64,000 bases of DNA. It comes from Reclinomonas americana ATCC 50394 (lineage: Eukaryota). The position numbers were made by a program, and so were the translations under genes. The first letter of the stretch is position 1, and each line of letters begins with the position of its first letter. The notes below the pieces were generated by a model, which did no database searches, was not told where the DNA came from, and saw only the letters and a list, made by a program, of their open reading frames with translations. This document shows, one piece after another, positions 58,223 to 64,000 of the stretch. Location: positions 806,001-870,000 of the forward strand of contig PS015009.1 of the NCBI GenBank assembly GCA_048213135.1. Reading direction: 5' to 3'.

Positions 58223-59656
58223 ATGGGATGTGGAAGTTGCGGAACAGGTAAAGACGGCGCCCCTTCAGGCTGCCAGAGCCATGGCCACTGTGCCAGCGGC
58301 GGATGTAACCGTATGAATGTATACAACTGGCTGGCCGACCTCCCCTTCAGCGACCCCGAAAGCAATTGCCGCATCATTGAAGTGAGCTTCAATAACGGCA
58401 GCCGCAAGGATTACTTCAGGAACAGCACCACCCACTTTTTTGAAAAGGGCGACACCATTGCCGTAGAAGGCGTGAGCGGTTTTGACGTGGGCATGGTCAA
58501 CCTCACCGGGGAACTGGTAAGGTTGCAGCTGAAAAAACACAAGATCGACGAAAAGAACCCCGACATAAAAAAAGTACTCCGCCCCGCCACGGAATCGGAC
58601 CTCGCTAAAATGAAGGAATCCAAATCCCGTGAAGCGCAGGTACTCATCCGCAGCAGGGCCATCGCCCGCCAGCTCAAACTGGAAATGAAGATGGCCGAAG
58701 TGGAAGTACAGGCCGACGGCAGGAAAGCAACCTTCTTTTATATTGCCGACGACCGTGTGGATTTCAGGGAACTGATCAAACTCTACGCCGGCGAATTCAA
58801 GGTGAAGGTGGAAATGCGCCAGATCGGCGCCCGCCAGGAAGCCGGTAAAGTTGGCGGCATCGGCAGTTGCGGCCGTGAACTCTGTTGCAGCAGCTGGCTC
58901 ACCGATTTCAAAAGCGTGAACACCAACGCCGCCCGCTACCAGAACCTGAGCATCAACCAGACTAAGCTGAGCGGCCAGTGCGGCCGTTTGAAATGCTGTC
59001 TCAATTACGAGCTGGACACCTATATGGATGCCCTGCAGTTCTTCCCCGACGATGCCGACAGCATTGAAGTAGCCAAGGGGCGTGCTTTCCTAGCCAAGAA
59101 AGATATTTTCCGCAACCTGATGTGGTATACCCTGCCCGACAGCAACAAACAATACCCCCTCACCCTTGAAAGGGTAAGAAAGATAAAAGACCTGAACCGC
59201 CAGGGCATCAGGCCCGAAGAGCTGGAACCGGTGGAAGTGGTATCCAGCAAACCGAAAGAGATTGAACCGGTATATGCCGATGTGGTAGGACAGATCAGCC
59301 TCCGCTCCCTCGAAAAAACCAGCCGCAAAAGAAGGGAAAATGAACGCGGCCAGCGCCAGGGCAAACAACAGCAGGGCGGCGGTCGTGGTGGTAACCAGCA
59401 GCAGGGCAACCAGCAACAGGGAGGCCAGCAAAAACAACAACAAAGACCCAACCCGCAAAGAGGAGGAGGACAACAACAGCAAAAAGGTAATACCAACCCG
59501 CAGCAGCAACAACGCGGCGGCGGACAACAGCAGGGAGGAAAAGGCGGGCAGGGACAAGGCCAGAATCGCCAGCAGCGCCCGCAACAGCAACGCGGACAAC
59601 AGCAGAAAGGCAATAACAACCCGCAGCAGCAACAGAAGAACAACGAAAAAAAATAA
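58223..59656 (+). CDS. PSP1 domain / RicT (YaaT)-like Fe-S protein with Q/G/N-rich tail
   Basis: FFYIADDRVDFRELIK, GGIGSCGRELCC, KLSGQCGRLKCCLNYE; follows holB. Confidence 0.92.
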   Translation: MGCGSCGTGKDGAPSGCQSHGHCASGGCNRMNVYNWLADLPFSDPESNCRIIEVSFNNGSRKDYFRNSTTHFFEKGDTIAVEGVSGFDVGMVNLTGELVRLQLKKHKIDEKNPDIKKVLRPATESDLAKMKESKSREAQVLIRSRAIARQLKLEMKMAEVEVQADGRKATFFYIADDRVDFRELIKLYAGEFKVKVEMRQIGARQEAGKVGGIGSCGRELCCSSWLTDFKSVNTNAARYQNLSINQTKLSGQCGRLKCCLNYELDTYMDALQFFPDDADSIEVAKGRAFLAKKDIFRNLMWYTLPDSNKQYPLTLERVRKIKDLNRQGIRPEELEPVEVVSSKPKEIEPVYADVVGQISLRSLEKTSRKRRENERGQRQGKQQQGGGRGGNQQQGNQQQGGQQKQQQRPNPQRGGGQQQQKGNTNPQQQQRGGGQQQGGKGGQGQGQNRQQRPQQQRGQQQKGNNNPQQQQKNNEKK

Positions 59657-59701
59657 CATAGTTTATATAAATCACGTCAGGTATTTTATCCTGGCGTTTT
59701 T

Positions 59702-59709
59702 TATTTTTG
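59702..59709 (+). promoter_or_regulatory. Bacteroidota -7 box (TATTTTTG) upstream of gldA
   Basis: TAnnTTTG match 16 nt before the ATG. Confidence 0.45.
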
Positions 59710-59725
59710 CGATACAACCAATTAC

Positions 59726-60640
59726 ATGTCAATAGAAGTCCGCCAACTCAGTAAGATCTATGGTACACAAAAAGCGCTGAATGAAGTTTCGTTCAGCGTG
59801 AAGAAGTCTGAGATCGTGGGTTTCCTCGGACCCAACGGCGCCGGTAAAAGCACCACCATGAAGATCATTACCGGTTATATTGAAGCCGACGGTGGTGAAG
59901 CTGAAGTATGCGGCATCCCCGTAACGCCCAACGGCAGCACCAAAAAAAAGATAGGCTACCTGCCCGAAGCCAACCCGCTTTACCATGATATGTATGTGAG
60001 GGAGTACCTCGGCTTTATCGCCGGTGTACACGAACTGGCCGATACAAAAAACGCGGTGGAAAAAGCCATCGAAACCGTAGGCCTTACCATTGAGGCCAAT
60101 AAAAAAATCGTGCAACTGAGCAAGGGATACAAACAACGCGTAGGCCTGGCCGCCGCACTCATACACGATCCCGAAGTACTGATACTTGATGAACCCACCA
60201 GCGGCCTCGACCCCAACCAGATTGTGGAGATCAGGGAAGTGATACGCCGGCTGGGACAAAACAAAACCGTATTGTTTTCCTCGCATATCCTGCAGGAAGT
60301 ACAGGCCATCTGCGATAGGGTGATCATCATCAGCAAAGGCAATATCGTTGCCGATGACCAGCTGAGCAACCTTACCCGTGGCAGCAAACCATCGGGCAAC
60401 GCGATCCGCCTGCAACTGAAAGAAGCCGTGGAGCCGGGCATTTTTGCAGACATCGAAAACATTACCCGCGAGGATGCCCATACCTGGACCTTTACAACCG
60501 CCAACGCGGAAAGCCTGAAACGCAGGCTGCTCCAACTGGCGCTGGACAAGAACCTGAACATTGTTTCACTGGAAAGCAGCGATGCCGCTTCCACAGCAAC
60601 ACTGGAAGACATCTTCCGCAACCTTACCAAATCAAACTGA
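59726..60640 (+). CDS. gldA: Gliding motility-associated ABC transporter ATP-binding subunit GldA
   Basis: MSIEV..LSK.YG.QKAL, GPNGAGKST, GYLPE.NPLY.DMYVREYL, LSKGYKQRVGLA, GLDPNQ. Confidence 0.85.
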   Translation: MSIEVRQLSKIYGTQKALNEVSFSVKKSEIVGFLGPNGAGKSTTMKIITGYIEADGGEAEVCGIPVTPNGSTKKKIGYLPEANPLYHDMYVREYLGFIAGVHELADTKNAVEKAIETVGLTIEANKKIVQLSKGYKQRVGLAAALIHDPEVLILDEPTSGLDPNQIVEIREVIRRLGQNKTVLFSSHILQEVQAICDRVIIISKGNIVADDQLSNLTRGSKPSGNAIRLQLKEAVEPGIFADIENITREDAHTWTFTTANAESLKRRLLQLALDKNLNIVSLESSDAASTATLEDIFRNLTKSN

Positions 60641-60665
60641 TTATATCTAAAAACCAATTACCAAT

Positions 60666-61955
60666 ATGAGCTACATCGCCTCCATTCATGCCCGGCAGAT
60701 ACTCGACAGCCGCGGCAATCCGACAGTTGAAGTTGACATCCTTACCGAGAACGAACACCTGGGCCGTGCCGCGGTACCCAGTGGTGCCAGCACCGGTATA
60801 CACGAAGCCGTGGAACTGCGTGACGGTAATAAAAAACTGTACGGAGGCAAAAGCGTACTTAAAGCTGTAAAGAATGTAAACACCGTACTGGCAGAGAACC
60901 TGCTGGGATGGGATGTGGCCGACCAGACCGGCATCGACGCTATGATGATCGCGCTGGACGGCACTGCCAATAAAGGCAAGCTGGGCGCCAATGCCATGCT
61001 GGCTGTAAGTATGGCCGTAGCCAAAGCCGCGGCACTGGAAGCCAACCTGCCGCTGTACCGCTACATTGGTGGTACCAACGCCAAAATACTTCCTATTCCC
61101 ATGATGAACATCCTGAACGGTGGCGCTCATGCGGATAACAAGATCGACTTCCAGGAATTTATGGTGATGCCTGTAGGCGCTTCCGATTTCAGCGAAGGTC
61201 TGCGCTGGGGTGTTGACATTTTCCACGCCCTTAAAAGCGTGCTCAGGAAAAAAGGATACAGTACCAATGTAGGTGATGAAGGCGGCTTTGCCCCCAACAT
61301 CCAGAGCAATGAAGAAGCCATTGAAACCGTACTCACCGCCATACAGGCAGCTGGCTATAAAACCGGCAGCCAGGTGATGATTGCCATGGATGCTGCCAAC
61401 AGCGAACTGTGGAACGCGAAAGAGAAAAAATACATCTTCCATAAAAGCGATGGCAAAAAAATGACCAGCGAGCAACTGGTAAAATACTGGGAAGGCTGGG
61501 TAAAGCATTATCCCATCTGCTCTATCGAGGACGGCATGGCCGAAGACGACTGGAAGGGCTGGAAAATGCTGACCGACGCCATCGGTAAAAAATGCCAGCT
61601 GGTGGGTGATGACCTTTTCGTAACCAATGTAACCCGCCTGGAAAGGGGTATTAAGGAATCCATCGGCAATGCCCTGCTGGTAAAAGTGAACCAGATTGGC
61701 ACCATCACCGAAACCATCAACGCCGTTTCTATGGCGCAAAACAATGGTTTTAATACGATTATGAGTCACCGGAGCGGTGAAACCGAGGATACCACCATTG
61801 CCGACCTGGCTGTGGCACTCAACTGCGGGCAGATCAAAACCGGCTCCGCTTCCCGTACCGACCGTATGGCCAAGTACAACCAACTGATCCGTATCGAAGA
61901 AATACTGGCGGAAAGTGCGGTATATCCGAAGGGAAAGATTAAATTTGGTAAATAA
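60666..61955 (+). CDS. eno: Enolase
   Basis: [42 protein letters not shown]. Confidence 0.99.
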   Translation: MSYIASIHARQILDSRGNPTVEVDILTENEHLGRAAVPSGASTGIHEAVELRDGNKKLYGGKSVLKAVKNVNTVLAENLLGWDVADQTGIDAMMIALDGTANKGKLGANAMLAVSMAVAKAAALEANLPLYRYIGGTNAKILPIPMMNILNGGAHADNKIDFQEFMVMPVGASDFSEGLRWGVDIFHALKSVLRKKGYSTNVGDEGGFAPNIQSNEEAIETVLTAIQAAGYKTGSQVMIAMDAANSELWNAKEKKYIFHKSDGKKMTSEQLVKYWEGWVKHYPICSIEDGMAEDDWKGWKMLTDAIGKKCQLVGDDLFVTNVTRLERGIKESIGNALLVKVNQIGTITETINAVSMAQNNGFNTIMSHRSGETEDTTIADLAVALNCGQIKTGSASRTDRMAKYNQLIRIEEILAESAVYPKGKIKFGK

Positions 61956-61996
61956 GCGACAGGGTCCGGGTGCCCCGCGTACCCGGACTATTCTAT

Positions 61997-62305
61997 ATGA
62001 AAATACTCACCTACATACCTTCCTGGCTTAAAAACAAGTACCTGCTTACTTCCGTTGCCTTTGTGCTGCTGATGGTGTTCTTCGATAATAAGGACATTCC
62101 GTCCAGTATCGAGCGCTGGAGCAAGTTGAAGGAATTGCAAAAAAGTGAACAACATTTAGCCCAACAGATAGCCGATGCCCGAAAAGAGTTGAATTTGCTG
62201 AAAACAAATGCGCAAACTGTTGAAAAATATGCAAGGGAAAATTACCTGATGAAGAAAGATAACGAGGATCTTTTCGTCGTGAAAAGCCCATCCACGGCCA
62301 AATAA
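61997..62305 (+). CDS. ftsB: Septum formation initiator family protein (FtsB/DivIC)
   Basis: One TM, coiled coil, EKYARENYLMKK..ED.F; located after eno. Confidence 0.85.
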   Translation: MKILTYIPSWLKNKYLLTSVAFVLLMVFFDNKDIPSSIERWSKLKELQKSEQHLAQQIADARKELNLLKTNAQTVEKYARENYLMKKDNEDLFVVKSPSTAK

Positions 62306-62396
62306 TTTGCTTAGAATACAATATCCCACCGTAATTTCCGTTTATGTAAGCGGATATGAATATTTAATTTTTTTAACACAAGCAACCAACCGTTGT

Positions 62397-62636
62397 ATGC
62401 ACAATTTTACCCTGGAAGATTTGCTTCGCTATTTGTATAACGAAACTTCCCCTGAACAAACAGCTCAAATAAAAGCTGCTTTGGAGACCGACTGGACACT
62501 GCGTGAAAAATTCGAGGTAATGGCTTCTGCCAAACAAAGGCTGGAAGCCCTTAAGATGTCGCCCCGCCAGCAAACGATCGACAACATCCTTAACCACGCC
62601 GAAAAAGCCGTTTCAGAACTTTCATCAATGGCCTGA
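62397..62636 (+). CDS. Small conserved hypothetical protein (anti-sigma-like N-terminal helices)
   Basis: FTLEDLLRYLYNETS.E...I..AL..DW.L pattern; ATG at 62397. Confidence 0.7.
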   Translation: MHNFTLEDLLRYLYNETSPEQTAQIKAALETDWTLREKFEVMASAKQRLEALKMSPRQQTIDNILNHAEKAVSELSSMA

Positions 62637-62692
62637 TACCCCAACCGGTAATTAACTTATTTTCGCTCCCGGCCCTTTAGCCGGGATTTTTT

Positions 62693-63340
62693 ATGACCAC
62701 GAAGGAACGGTACGATTTTGTGATCGACTATTTTAAGGAACACGCCCCCAATGCGGAAACGGAACTGATCTACGATAACCCTTTCCAGTTGCTGGTGGCC
62801 GTTATTTTGTCGGCACAGTGTACCGATAAAAGGGTAAATATGACTACCCCTGCCATTTTTGAACGGTACCCCGATGCCGAAACGATGAGCCGGGCTTCTG
62901 TGGAAGACATGTTTGGCCTGATCAGGAGCATCTCCTATCCCAATAACAAATCCAAGCACCTGGTGGGTATGGCTAAAATGCTGGTAGAGCGATTTGGCGG
63001 ACGTGTACCCATGACCGTTGAGGAACTCATTCAACTGCCGGGTGTGGGCCGGAAGACCGCCAATGTGATCACTTCAGTGGTTGATGAACAGCCCAATATG
63101 GCCGTAGATACCCATGTTTTCCGCGTCAGCGCCCGCATCGGCCTTACCCGGAATGCCACTACCCCGCTGGCCGCTGAAAAACAACTGATCAGCCATCTTC
63201 CCCGCGAATATGTGTTCCGTGCACACCACTGGCTTATCCTTCATGGCCGGTACATCTGCGTGGCCCGAAACCCCCGCTGCTCCGAATGCGGGCTTAAACC
63301 GGTGTGTAAATATTTTATGAAACAAAAAACGAAAAGTTGA
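62693..63340 (+). CDS. nth: Endonuclease III
   Basis: LSAQCTD, HhH LPGVGRKTA, VDTHVFR, C-x6-C-x2-C-x5-C Fe-S motif. Confidence 0.97.
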   Translation: MTTKERYDFVIDYFKEHAPNAETELIYDNPFQLLVAVILSAQCTDKRVNMTTPAIFERYPDAETMSRASVEDMFGLIRSISYPNNKSKHLVGMAKMLVERFGGRVPMTVEELIQLPGVGRKTANVITSVVDEQPNMAVDTHVFRVSARIGLTRNATTPLAAEKQLISHLPREYVFRAHHWLILHGRYICVARNPRCSECGLKPVCKYFMKQKTKS

Positions 63341-63434
63341 AATTTTTTTGAGGAAATATCCCTTTATTTGTATAGTAATCGACCACCCTTCCAAAACCCG
63401 GCTAAATTTTTAATAAAGGACATATTCTAATTGC

Positions 63435-64000
63435 ATGAAAAAATTATTAGTTTTTGTTGGGCTTGTATTGCTGTTTTCCTTTGTTTCTCCCCACGCCTCT
63501 GCACAGTACTACTTCTATGACAATGATCATTATGACACCCCGCTCATCTTTGAAGTAGGCGGATCTGTTGGTGCCATGAACTCCCTTACCGACCTGGGAG
63601 GAAGAAAAGGCATAGGTAAAAAATTCGTGAAGGATCTTAACCTGAATAAAACCAATGTTTGCGGAAGCATTTTCCTGGGCGCTACTTACAGGGATATGAT
63701 TATGTTCAAACTGGAAGCTGCTTTTGGTAAAGTACAGGGCGATGACGCCGTACTGAAAAAAGTGGCACCCAGCACTTTCGGCCGCTATGAAAGGAACCTG
63801 AATTTCAGGAGCAAAATCACCGAATTCTCCGGTATGTTTGAAATTCACCCGTTGTATATATTCAATAACTACGACGGCGACAACGATAAAACGCCACCCA
63901 GCTTTTCTCCTTACATCACAGCCGGTGTGGGCCTGTTCTCTTTTAACCCGCAGGCAAAAACCACCAACGGTTGGGTAGACCTTCAGCCACTAAGCACCGA
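63435..64000 (+). CDS. Outer-membrane beta-barrel protein, DUF6089/PorG-like (runs off the window edge)
   Basis: Manual translation MKKLLVFVGLVLL...GAMNSLTDLGG...RNLNFRSKITE...SPYITAGVGLFSFNPQA...VDLQPLST. Confidence 0.8.
   Translation, partial: MKKLLVFVGLVLLFSFVSPHASAQYYFYDNDHYDTPLIFEVGGSVGAMNSLTDLGGRKGIGKKFVKDLNLNKTNVCGSIFLGATYRDMIMFKLEAAFGKVQGDDAVLKKVAPSTFGRYERNLNFRSKITEFSGMFEIHPLYIFNNYDGDNDKTPPSFSPYITAGVGLFSFNPQAKTTNGWVDLQPLST

Noticed and set aside
59020-59643. Cys/Pro-rich ORF antisense to the PSP1 gene
   Set aside because: It is the reverse complement of the CAG/CAA/GGC-rich Q/G tail.
60624-61883. Long antisense ORFs (e.g. 60624-61883, 21195-22376, 30793-31947, 38263-39222, 59729-60535)
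   Set aside because: They are shadows of well-supported genes on the opposite strand and show no recognisable motifs.
1-64000. tRNA, rRNA or prophage genes
   Set aside because: None were recognised by eye; a covariance-model scan would be needed to exclude small structured RNAs.

Overview
Scaffold window (two N-gaps) from a Bacteroidota genome, most likely Chitinophagaceae, judged from T9SS cargo proteins, a TonB-dependent receptor, gldA and TAnnTTTG promoter boxes. Housekeeping genes (rsmA; pdxA, radA, comF-like, holB, PSP1/RicT, gldA, eno, ftsB-like, nth) bracket a roughly 41-kb accessory block. This block holds five large T9SS-secreted proteins and a roughly 21-kb polymorphic-toxin island (about 9.3-30.5 kb). 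The core of the island is a co-oriented minus-strand unit: a signal-peptide coiled-coil/beta-barrel protein, a YD-repeat protein with a Cys-rich tail, a cysteine-less glutathione peroxidase homologue, a DUF6443-type Rhs protein with an HExxH C-terminal toxin, and a lipoprotein immunity gene. Neither Rhs/YD protein has a PAAR, VgrG or T9SS-CTD hallmark, so this is a candidate uncharacterised toxin-delivery system. Downstream are an IS3-interrupted orphan Rhs toxin/immunity cassette, orphan immunity-like genes each followed by the same palindromic REP-like element, and a decayed REP-associated tyrosine transposase (RAYT). All family calls come from motif recognition by eye; no database search was run.
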